Assembly: GCA_964187785.1 (NCBI GenBank)
Contig: OZ076409.1
Coordinates: forward strand, 13,766,001-13,830,000
Source of the DNA: Amphiscolops sp. MND2022
Lineage: Eukaryota
Length of the DNA stretch: 64,000 bases
Direction of reading: 5' to 3'
Below, one piece after another: positions 38,901-50,900 of the stretch (positions within the stretch are counted from its first letter, which is position 1; every line of letters begins with the position of its first letter). The notes beneath the pieces are model-generated. The model saw only the letters and a program-made list of their open reading frames with translations. It had not been told where the DNA came from and searched no databases. The position numbers were made by a program, and so were the translations under genes.

Positions 38901-41900
38901 ACCCCATACTAAAGATGAAAACCGTATTATTCCTTGTGTTATACCTTATTTTTGGTATTTTTGGGCAAAACTCGTTCGATCCTTACGATTTTCAGAGGAA
39001 ACTCGGAAGACCCGGTATCGTTAACGGAACTCATTCAATCTCCGGAGCGGCTTTTACTCCTGAACCTCCGGTGGTGCTTGTCAAGGCAGTAAAAACGCTG
39101 TGGACTTTCCTCCCCTTTCCCCAAGTGCCCCACTTAGACCCGGAGCCGTTGAACCGAATCTTAGAAAATGCGCTAAACCGGTTGACCGACCTAGACCTAC
39201 GGATGTTTTCGCGAGAATGCGCTGACCCTCATTTGTTTAAATATTGGAAACGCTTTTTGCAAGACAACCTAGCGGAAATATTCCAAAGCCATCGAATGTT
39301 CCAGCACGATTGGCTGGCCATGAAAAAATCGCTAACAGTGTTCCTCAATCATACGGTCGATGATGTTCCCACCGGCAAACCTGACCGTTTATCACGATCC
39401 GTTGTTGGCGCGATCGCCGGATCGATGTTAGGGAGTGAGCTATCGCGAATTTTTCTTCGCCCCCTTTTCCAACCTTGGTCCGATTCAGTATCATGTTTTG
39501 TGGACAAGTTAATTCCGTTCGGTTCCACATGTAAGGAAACAGATCGCCGAAAAATCGAAGAGTTGGCCCGGAAGGTCGAGTATTTAGAGGAAACTGTGTT
39601 GTACCTGAAAACAGAGTTGCTTGAAGCGCTCACGGTTCAAATGCCGGTAGATGTCAGTACTAGGGAGTTGGTTGCACTTAAACAGACCGTGGATGAAAAT
39701 GTGCAGATGTTAAACGGAACGATTAACAGTGTAGTAGACGAAATTTACGATTACGTGGAAAAAGCGGAGTGCGTCGCGAGACTAACTCAAGATCGCCATC
39801 GAAACACCTTGATAATGGCGGCAGCGTTCCAAAACCTAACCACTCAGTATCGACGCATAGTAAATGATATTAATCAGAGACGAATTTCGCTAGCAAATAT
39901 GGCATCCATTTTGCAGGACGCTATGTCTTCTTTGGTGCACGGATATCTGCCGATATCTTTAATCCCTCCGTCGACGTTGGTAAAAATACTTGATTCCTTC
40001 GACGTAAACGGGTTAAACGAGGCTATACCCAGGAAATTGATCGCCGCCTATTACTCTTTTGAGGTAGTCAGGGACGCATATATATCGAATGAAGGATTGC
40101 ATCTTTTGTTAGAAATACCCATGTATACAGGACATGGAGTGCACGAGGTATATAGAGCTACCCCCATCCCTCAGCCCATTCCAAACACTGAAAGGGCTAC
40201 GCAGTATCAACTTAGTAAAACACACTTGCTAATGTCGTGGGACAAAACCAATTTCGCGGAGGTTAGTGAACAGGAACTTTCGACGCACTGTTGGGGCTCT
40301 CACCGCCTAAGACTCTGTAAACAACCCTTTTCAACCACGAAATCGCAAAAGACCTCCTGTCTAACGGGTCTGTTCTTTAATCTGCCTGCCACCGTTCTGA
40401 AACTATGTGCTCAAGAGGTCGTGGCACTCCCTCAACACCCTCAGGCGGTATATCTTTATGACTCTACATATCTCCTAACGTCCGCAAAGGGAGATTTCAC
40501 CATTCAGAACATGACTGCTCGAGCAGAAATAAGAGTACCGGGCTGCCAAAGTTGCTTAGTAAGGCCTTCCTGTAATGGGCGACTGCAACTCCCAAATGCC
40601 GGGTTATTCCTCACTCCCGACCCTATTAGTTGTATGGAAACTGACAGTAGTGAAATCGTTCGCATTTTACCCACTCCTTTGCTACGACCCCTGTTTGACA
40701 ATTTAAAATCCCTCGAAGAAGTCATCCCTCCCTCGTTAATGGGAGACGTCCACCAGGAATTACTTTCTCATTTAAAATTGAATTTAGCTGGTTTACCGGA
40801 TCGAGCGGTGACCGAAGAGATGCTGGATGCAATTGCGCAACCCTTCCTAGTGGAGGTGGAAAAGGTCTATTCGACCGTCATCAGAAAGATTTGGAAGGAT
40901 GTTATTCTCCCATGCATTGTTACTTTACTTATGCTTATACTTATAGCTGTTGTGGGGTGGACGGTCAAGTGGGGGAAGATGTATGCTGTGCGACGGTGGA
41001 TGACAGCAGTGCTGCGCGGTGGCGAAGTACAACGCGACACGGCGGCTGCTGTAGACGACGTCCACGAGGAGTCACGTGAGACCACTCCAGTGCCGACGCA
41101 ACAACAGCCGGCAACTTCGAGTGTGCACGAAGCAAAGACAGGTCCACTAAAGGAGTCACGTAAGATGCCAGGGAAGTGAGTTCTCTGTGACGGAAATCGT
41201 AAGCCGAACATAAAACTCCTAACTCAAGCTCCGCCCCCATATTTATTTGCCTCATTTTATATGCAACGATATTTAATGCATTCGCGTGATATTTGTTTCC
41301 TTTCTTTTCTGGTTGAATGCTTTCGCTCGTGCGAGCGCAAAAATTTCTTTTGTGTATCCCCTCCCGACATTATTCATTCGCGCGAGCACTTGTTTTCTTT
41401 CTCCTCCACTTGAACGTCCGAGCGGACAATTAAGTCATAAAATAACGAACGAGTCACATGAGTTAATCCGATTAAAATTGCAGTGCCGAGGAACGAAATA
41501 GCGTCTCGCCATTTAGCTCTAAATTTTTGCAGTATCCAGACGCTCAATCTACAGCTTAGAAAAAAAAAATCATTACATAAACATACATATTATTAAACCT
41601 TGTTTCATCACTTGCACACTAAAAGAAAAAAAAACTATAATGCAACCTATTCGCCCAACACCACTTAGAACAAACCGCCCTATTGCCACCAGCCAGACGC
41701 AGGTCTCTCAAATGTACAACCAACCGCCGCCAGAAGTCCAGCAGGCGTATTTACCCGCCGAAACAGGAGTGCTGCCATTGATTGTTCGAGCTGGAACCCC
41801 AATCGCCACTTATCGCTTGAACAAGATCGAAACACCACAGGCGAACGGAGACCAAATCTACTTTCATGTAGAAAAGTTTTGCACCATGGATGCGCTGTGG

Positions 41901-44900
41901 TACCCCCAGTGGCTGACTCTTAGCCTCTACTGCCAGTTGACGAGAGACCTCTTGCTAGCGGTTGTGCAGGCGGCGTTGGAGCGTCCGGAGCGGGCGCATT
42001 TTATGGCAACTTTTGCCAGGATCCTTGCGCTGCCAGATCAAGGCCCACAGGCAGCAGGCAACCCATTGTCGACGCGGTTCCACTGGAGGGGCCCCATGCA
42101 CGAGACAATGTGGCAGTGGCTCCAACAGGGGGAGAGCCCCTGGGATGTGCCGTTCCAAGTGTATCCTCAACCCCCAGCCCGGCCAAGAGTGGATATGAGA
42201 TTTTATTCAAGGGCGATGCTGCCCTTCGTGACGGAAACCCCGGCTACAACAACTGCCGCCACTTCGACGGGGACAACCACCACCCCTACTACAACGGGCT
42301 CGTCGACGGAGGTAGTCATCGCCGATCAAATGGAGGAGGCGGACTCGGGCAACGTCAGTGACGCCGGCTCCGCTGCCACCCACGTTACCTTCCTGCCCCC
42401 AAAGAAGCGAGCCATGAAAACCCAGCCCCCTACCAGCAGTTAGGCTAAATACTAACTCCATTTTTTGAGTGTGTGTTGCGTTAGATTTTCGTACTGATAA
42501 TTTTCGTACATCATATTATTACACATGGATCCTATTTATTCAATGCGTGTGGAAATATACTAAACATTAATAAAACTTGTGCGTGCTTCTTTCTTTTACA
42601 TAGGAAATAGCTATTTCGTTACTCGGCACAAAAATAAAATTGAAATTACCGCTACTCGGGAGAGTAGCAGTCCAAGTGGGGGGGAATGTGAGATTTTTAC
42701 TTTTAACGTATCTAAAATGCATGAGTTACTCAATTTTATTATTTAGTTGTATTGATATTTATTTTATACTTATTGAAGGGTGATCGATTACGTAAACAAA
42801 TAGAAAGATAACTTAGCTTAAAAGGACGACGCGGCTCGTAGTATTCGTCATCTACTCGTCATCTAATGATAGCGTCGATATAAGCTGCGGACAATTCCGT
42901 TCCCAATAAGACCAGTGCTTTTGTAAATATTCTTTTGTTTCTTGAGGGCCAGCAGCGGCAGAGTACACCCATCTAGATAATTCTTCCCTCCCTTGTTCAC
43001 GTAAAATATTCCGCCAAGTCGTTCGCCTAACTCCAATTACATATTCGTCTAGCGTCCTTTTAATAATAGAATGATCGCGAGTATAAACAGCGTCCCACCC
43101 CGAAAGAACTGTCGGTTTAACCTTATTCATCGTAAGTACTAAGTGTGTGCGCAGAGGAGGAATGTAAATTAAGTCGCCGGGACGTTGAAGATGGAAAGTG
43201 AAAAATGTAGCTTCTCGCGAGCGAGGACCTCGTTGAACTAGATTAATAAAACTGGCGACGTCATTATAACAACGCTCAAGTAGGCGAGAAGAGGTATTTG
43301 TTGTAGCGGCGCACCAGAGTTTAATACCCGTATGTAAATAGGAATACGCAGCGCCGCCACCCACTTCGACGTGTGCTGGACTCAACCACGAACCGTGAAT
43401 TAAAAGAGCTAGGCTACTAGTAACTTGTTGATCTGAAAAGCACGAAGCAGTTAAACAATCTTTAAAGTCCATGTCCGCTTGAATTGATGAAGGAAAATGA
43501 CGAGTAGCGGCGTTATCAGGACCATACGTAATTCCAGTTAAAGGACGACCGGGGAGATTTTCAAAATGTTGCCAAGTAAGACTAGGAAGCTCGGTTAATT
43601 CTTTTAGTACGCCACGAGACTCAATATTTACATCAGAAAGTATACAAGGTTCAGTAGGGGAAATTGAAGCGAAATTTACATGTGTTAAAACGGGGAATCG
43701 CCGCCACCCCGAATGTATTATATTAAAATCAGGACAATCACGAAGAGAGAAAAGGACATCCATTTGTTCAACAGCATCAACGCTGCGAGTATTAAAATCA
43801 GAACTGTACTGACAATCACGGCTTTTACGCGTCATTATTATTAAACAAGACAAGTTATATTAACAGGATGGAGATATTAATACAAGACGAGTGAAATCAC
43901 AACGTATGCAAAATGAATAGAAGAGTGTAGATCAAGTCAAAATGCAGTGAATTGAGTAGCGTTCAACTAGCAGCAAGCGAGTGAAAGCGAGAAATGATTT
44001 TGGAAAGCCGCCGGCACTATACACACAGCCTTACACGGCCGCCACACGCTATACGCTATACCGGTGGGATTAATACAACTAAAAGTTTGCGACGCGATTT
44101 CTCGAAGATGGTGAAAGATAGAAACAAACGGTTTTCACCATTCAAAACTACATCCAAAGGAGAGCTTAAGTCCGGAAGGGCATTAAAATCGGATGATTAC
44201 AAGTTGGTGAAAAATGACATTGAAAATAAGTGCTTTTGGAAAATGACCAAAAATCGACTTTTCGGATTTTTGCAAAACTTAATTATGAAACGTCTAGTGA
44301 ACCAAAATTATTCGGGATAGTCTTAAATTGAAGGTATAACAGTTCTTCAGTTACCCTAAAAAGGAAAATTGATAATATTTACCCAGTGTTGAGATCTCGA
44401 TCAGAAATGGTGTAAAAACAGCGATTTTTGGCCTAAAAACGGCATTTTCAGCATGTGCGTTGCGATTGCTCAACGAATAACCAATGAAAACGCTCCCCAA
44501 GCTCAGCATAGATGTGGCGGTGGTCGGCGGAGGGAATGGCTATAGAATTAACGCTTAATATGAATTCACCGTAATACCCCGCCAGCGAAGAAAATGGAGA
44601 CATAGGGAAATTCCCAAAAATCACGATTATGAAAACGCTAACCCCCCCCCGCACGTTTTGGAAGATATCCGGACCAAACTTACACCCAATACTCCTAAGA
44701 CCTATGCCCACCTTGTGTTAAAAGGAAATCCGCCAAAACCTAATAGGAGTTGAGAAAATCGAGGGCAAAGTTGGAGGTCAGGACACAAAAATAGCCAAAA
44801 TGACACTTTTTGGGAAAATGCAAATAACTTTTTAACCAACAATGATAGAATGCCCCCCAATAGCTCCAAATCCTCACAATTGAATGGACTAGCGATGTAT

Positions 44901-47900
44901 ATAGGCCCCCGGGCTGGTTCCCGAAGCCTCGATGAGAAAATTGACCCGAAAGTACCCAAAAATTGACTTGTGGAGACACTGTTTTTGACCACTCCCACTT
45001 TGATGCCGTTTTTCTACCCGAAGGAGTCGAAATACATAAATGTTGAATAGTAACGAATTTGTAGGCCTTGGATAGACCTTTCAGAAGATATAAACAGTTT
45101 TGGCCCCCAGGCACGGAAATACCCATTTTTCAACAGTTGAAAATGAACCTCAGAATTAGCCATTGTTAAAGGAAATGCATACATGTTTTTTTCGTTCCTT
45201 GGAATTATTGAGGGAGCACTCCAATCGATTTATTTACAGCGGGACATTCCGCCAGTCATAGGAGGAGTCATTCACACGAGTTGATGACAACATAAGTTAG
45301 TAAAAACCGAAGATAAATGATCCGATGTTAAGACATCTAAGTTGACTCAGAACGTCACACCCCCTTATCTTAGGTGGCTACGAATGAAAACAACTAGACA
45401 TTCTCAATAAACTCACTTAACCGAGCGTAAAAATTGTACCGAAAAGGATGATGATTAAATCACTTAGGAAAATTCCCGTAGAAATGAAAAATAACTGACA
45501 ATAACGAAGTAACTCGGAGTCACGTGACTGACCACTCGTCACGAAAGTGACTAAAACACCGAAGAAAACTGAAGTTAAGAAAAGTGGCCATATTTGAGGG
45601 CCACAAAGGGATATCAGAGCTAGAGAGCAGTTGATTACTTTGTCAAGCCAAGAAAATAGAGATTTCGTTCTTTGCAGAATTGGGAAGTGGGACTTCGCCA
45701 GATTCTGTCGAGATTGTTTTATTTTCTAACGCCGTGAGATTCGGGTTAGAGAAAGTTTGAGTTCAGCAGTACTTTAACTGTGGGTTAGCTTAGAGAGACT
45801 TTAGCGGAAGTTAATCCGTAGAAACGATACAGTCCGGGACAGTGAGATAGAGAGAATTCACTTCAAGAACGTTAGAGAAAGTACGGCGAGTTGAGATAAT
45901 CTTTCATCGATCAATTTGATCACCTTTCAATTCTTCCCTCGGGAATACTCATTTATCCTCCGGGATACGTTACCTGCTTTGTATCTAATAAATTATATGT
46001 ACCCCCAAACCATTGGAAATATATTACCATTTCTGTGGATTTTGTTGTTACCATTCTTATTGAAGTATTAACCCTCTATTATTGATTGATGTTTTAATAA
46101 AGCGAAGATTCGTCTTCTTCTAAATATTAGTTTTCTAACAGCGAGAGCACACGAGACAACCCCTTTGCAAGTCAACAGAATAAAACGGAATTCAGCACTA
46201 TATGATGCAATAGAACCCCACCACCTCTGAAATTATCTTTAGAGTTATAAATTTATGTGAATGCTCAGCCCTATCTTTGTCTCGTGGATAGAGGTACCCT
46301 TCGGTTTAATTGAGTAGTAGTGGAGCATTCGACAGACTGTTAAAGCTACTTTTCAAAATTCTACATACTCGTAAATAGTCCTCATATCTACGAAAAACAT
46401 GAGATTTGACATTTGAAAAACGGAAATAGATTGAATGGAACCGAAAAAAACTTTTTGAACATTAAAAAGCTTGCAGGCGAGGTGTGTATATAATATCTTT
46501 GATTGTTCCTGCTCTCCTGTTGTTAGGCTGGAGTGACAACACTGTGAAGGCGTTCAAGCCACAGTCTGGAAAGCTGGCGTGGGAGATCACTCTGGCCCAC
46601 TCGAACGAGGTGACTGCCGTGAACGTGACGTCAGACGGGAACCGCGTCATCACTGGCGGCGGAGAGGGCAACGTCAAAGTGTGGAACATCTCCAACCCCA
46701 AGAAACAGGTTAATAAACTTTAAGCGCATAAAACAAGGCAAAGTTTCTAGGAGTCGGAAAATTTTTCGACTTATGCAATAGTACCTTTTTTCTCCCAACC
46801 TTTCAATAAAAATTTCTCTAAAACTGTGCATACGATTATTATAAAATTTAGCATAGTCATTCTACACCCAAAGGTGCTTCTGCGTGCGCAATCGAATCGT
46901 AAGACTGGGATCTGAGAAACATTGCCAAAATTAGTCTAAAAGAGACCAAATGACAATGAAGTAGGTAATTTGTTTTTCAATATTCAAATCCGTTTCCGAC
47001 TTCTTTTCTGCACTTGCAGCTCTGGTTAAAAGAGAAAGCCATTGGGTTTTAAGGTGTAAAAATAGTTGAATTCCCTCTGAGTATGTGTCACTTGACCGAC
47101 GTACGTTTGAAACATAAAACAGGTGAGTTTAATTTAGCATAATGGTGGATAATGAAATTGCTTTCTTCAACATTCCAATGTTCAAGGGTATTTCAATGTT
47201 GTTTCACGTTTTGAAGGGCAACTTTTTCCCGGTAAGAGTCAATTTATAATTTTTGAAGTTTTGTTTGTGTGCAGCAGCTATCATTTATCATATTAGAATG
47301 TAATTTTCAACGGCTTCCACAAAATCATACCAGCGCTTCATACCAGTTTTAACTTTGATGTGATTCCGTAAAATAATTGGCGAACTTTGCTTCCTTGTGC
47401 ATGGAATTCATCCCTCGTGATCCCTGGTGTGGATTTTGTTTCAAAGCGGTAGCAATGAAGGGTTTGTGTGACTGACCAATTTCATAGAGATGCAGCTCCG
47501 AGAACAAAAAAGTCGATTTGTCTTTGCTCGCCGAATGCAACTCGTCGAAATTAAAGGGCGGAAAACTGGTCGAAAATCAACTCGTCGAATAATTACAGAT
47601 TACCACCACGGATTATCCAGTGCTAATCATGGATAAATTTTCCTTAATTGATGCGTGAAATTTTCAGTTTTACGCATAATATAGCTTTTTTAGTTATATA
47701 ATTGCTTGAAATGTTTCACTTTTACAGTGACAGTCCAGTACTTCATAATAATTTAGAAGCTCATAACACAGTACAATCACAAAATAAGCACTAAATTTGT
47801 CTCAGATTTTTTTCTGTTCTTGCGACGAGTTTTCCGCCGGAGAATTTTCGGTGAGTTGTTTTCGACGAGTTTTCCTGGGTTCGTTTTGAATATAGCATGA

Positions 47901-50900
47901 AACGAAACTTGCTTCGCTTCCATTCAATAGTTGCAGCATTTCAAGCTATCAACTAAAACAAAATTTTACTCCAGATAACGTTTTAATTTTACTTTATGGT
48001 GGAATTTCATTGAAATTGCGCAAAATTGTCGTCTTAGAAAGCATGAAACTTTTGGTTTTGGGAAAAGCCTCTGTTATCAAGTGAAACCCCTCAATTTTGC
48101 CAAAACTCTCGGTTATGTTTTCTAGTGCAGCGGCAGCTTCGTTTTCTTGCGATTTCCAGTTGAAATTGAGGAATTGAATGTTTGGATTGATTTTTTCGGA
48201 TCTAGGTGTTCGAAGGCACTTTGAAGGAGCACAGAGGCCGCATCACCTGCATCCGGGTGAGGAAGGACGACCGAGAGTGCATCACCGCCTCCACTGACGG
48301 GTCCTGCATCCTCTGGAACCTAGAGTGAGTCATCGTTTTCATCTAATCATTCATATACAAGCCGGCAACGTTTGGGCCTCATTCGCTTGAATTTCTTTTT
48401 TGTGATCCCACCCTCCAAGTACACCTGATTTCGCAGAGCCCCCAACACGAAAGAACGTTTCATTCTTGAACAAATTTTATTCACTAATAAGAGAATATTA
48501 TACGAGTGTAAATTCTTGAAGGATTGTCTTTACAGCCGACCAAAATTTCATGTCGATTTGATGGTATTTTTGTTGTGACCAGGGTTAGATAAATTTTTCC
48601 CCACCGGTGGCCACTACAAAAAGTTTCGTCACTGAAAAAACCACTGGAAGATCTAAAATTACCGAAAAACAACTGGAATAAAATTTCAAATTACCAAAAA
48701 ATGGAATAAGACCTGAATTCACTGGAGAACCAGTGGAAAATGTTTTTTTTTCAGACACGACCTGAAACTGCAAACAGAGGTCACAGATACTTCAGAACCG
48801 GTCCTGATAATTTCCCCATTTTTGTTTGGCTTTGATGCATTAGGGGAGCGAATAACGTCTAAAGGCATTTCGTGTAGCAACATTCCCTTACTAAAATTTT
48901 GAACGAATTTTTCATTTTCGAAATTTGCAAACTTTCCACCGATCGACCATCAGTGGACAACCGGTGGCCACCGGTGGGAAGACCTCCACATAAACCAATG
49001 TTCCCTCACGGTGGTCATCGGTGGTCCACCGATGCCAGTGGTGGGTTTCAATGGGTTGTCAGTACGGGAAGGGCTTTTTTGAAATATATTTTGATAACAT
49101 GGTGATATATGTGAAACTTAATTTTTCAATCGTACGGAAACATTTGAGAGCTATTTTGCAGGAACTTCACGAGGACTGCGATGTTGCAATCCAATACCTT
49201 GTTCTACTGTGTCTGCTATCACCCAGAAGAGTTCCAGACTATAACCAGCGGAAGTGACAAAAAAGTAATCCATTTTTCTAAGCTTCTGAAAAATTAGGTG
49301 AGTATTATTAGAAAACTTTAGAAAAATTTATGTTGTTTTGCTTTGACGGTTGTACTCACGCTTGGCAAATCTCAAAGACCTACATAGAGAAAAAAACAAT
49401 AGTATTTAGTTTTCAAAAAATCAGGCTTCATAAATTTTCCTCACGAAAAATGGAAGCTTCCAATAACCAGCATCGTTCGCTGTCAATCGCGACTAAATTT
49501 TGTTTCTGGCAAAAAAGGAAAGCTGAGAAGCTTTGTTTTTTGATGTTTTTGGCGAGAATAAAAGCAAAACAGCCCTTTAGGGCTCAAAACGCCCTTTTTT
49601 GGTTTGTTTCGACACTATGAGATTGACTTATTTCGAAAAAAATTTCTTGACACTTTGAAGTTGACACTTTTGCCCTTTTTGAGCGTTAAGTGGGGGCGCC
49701 GACTCATGCCGTTCAAAGTTGGGCATATTAATTTTTTCCAACTTCCTGAAAAACTTTTTGACCTGGGAATGGTTTTGTGTTACAGATAGCGTACTGGGAA
49801 CTGATCAGTTCTAGCACCCCCATCCGGGAAGTGGACGGGGCAGTGGCTGGTAACATCAACGGGATGGACATTGCCAACGCCCCCTACGGCACCACTTCGG
49901 GTCACCTGAACAACTACGCTTTCGTCACTTGCGGCGGAGACAAACTCGTCAAAGTAATGCAAGCGCCTCAAGTTTACCTGCTGCAGATTTTCGGCTTCAA
50001 ATTCTTTCGTCTTGAAGCTCGTTCCCCTAGTCAAGATTGCTTGAAATTTTTACAAGCTACATGGAAACATGCAGGCTACTTTTTTCATAAAACATGGAAA
50101 ATTCAGGGAGCATGCATGGAACAATTTGGTAGGATTACAATGCAGCTTCAACTTATTCAATTAAACTGAAAATTCCATTTTCTCTTCTTCTTCACCACAT
50201 GAAAAATCTATTTCGGTCGAGCCTGCATCTGCTTATTTCGTTATCGTTTCATTGCTCTTTGGGCGAAACTCATTTGTCGTAGATTTGATCTAGGAAAACT
50301 TTTAGCAAAGTTTGAGATTTTACTATTCACATGTCGAATGAAGATGAAGTCTAGATTAGCGCGTTCAATTTCTTCCAAATTTCCAAGAACGCAGAACGCA
50401 GAACAAATTTCAATAAGGTTCAGTTTTTTATGGAAAGTAACGGAGAAATCATTTTAAGAAGTTTTTGAAACTGCGTTGATTTTTCAAGACCAATCGAAAC
50501 TTGCCATAGATACGAGATCTGAATTATTCAACCTTTTACAATGTATTGAAATTTCAAACTAGAAAAACTTTTCTTCTCATCATCAACAATCAATTACGAC
50601 GTCTTCATCATAAAATCCTCGAAGTCACTCAGTTTTACTCGAAGAAAGGTAGGCATAGCCTACCAAAGTTCAAGTTCCTTCATCATTTCCGCACCAGCGG
50701 AATCTGGTCCAATAATATCTGTTGTATTCTAAACTAATGGTATAAAATAGTGGGTATTAAAACAATCTTTTTCTTTGTATGACTATATGCTATAGCAATC
50801 GAAACGTGAATAGATATATCTGAGATTTATATTTGTGGTTCATTGTTTGTAAATGGTAGCAGGTACTGTCTATAACCGAAACTCGGTGGAGGTCATGACC

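Larger units (their letters stand above)
28556..46365 (+). mobile_element. Intact env-bearing Ty3/Gypsy LTR retroelement (endogenous-retrovirus-like), 17,810 bp, in CFAP52 intron 7
   Basis: 5-bp TSD TACTC at 28551-28555 and 46366-46370. TGT..ACA LTR ends, PBS, PPT, uninterrupted gag, pol (order PR-RT-RH-IN), env and ORF4. Confidence 0.98.

Noticed and set aside
33922..41255. Minus-strand ORFs overlapping pol and env
   Set aside because: Short shadow ORFs of long coding frames, with no domain signal.
42687..46365. The 3.7-kb direct repeat as an assembly artefact or segmental duplication
   Set aside because: It has TG..CA ends, an adjacent PBS and PPT, a flanking 5-bp TSD and a few real differences, so these are bona fide LTRs.
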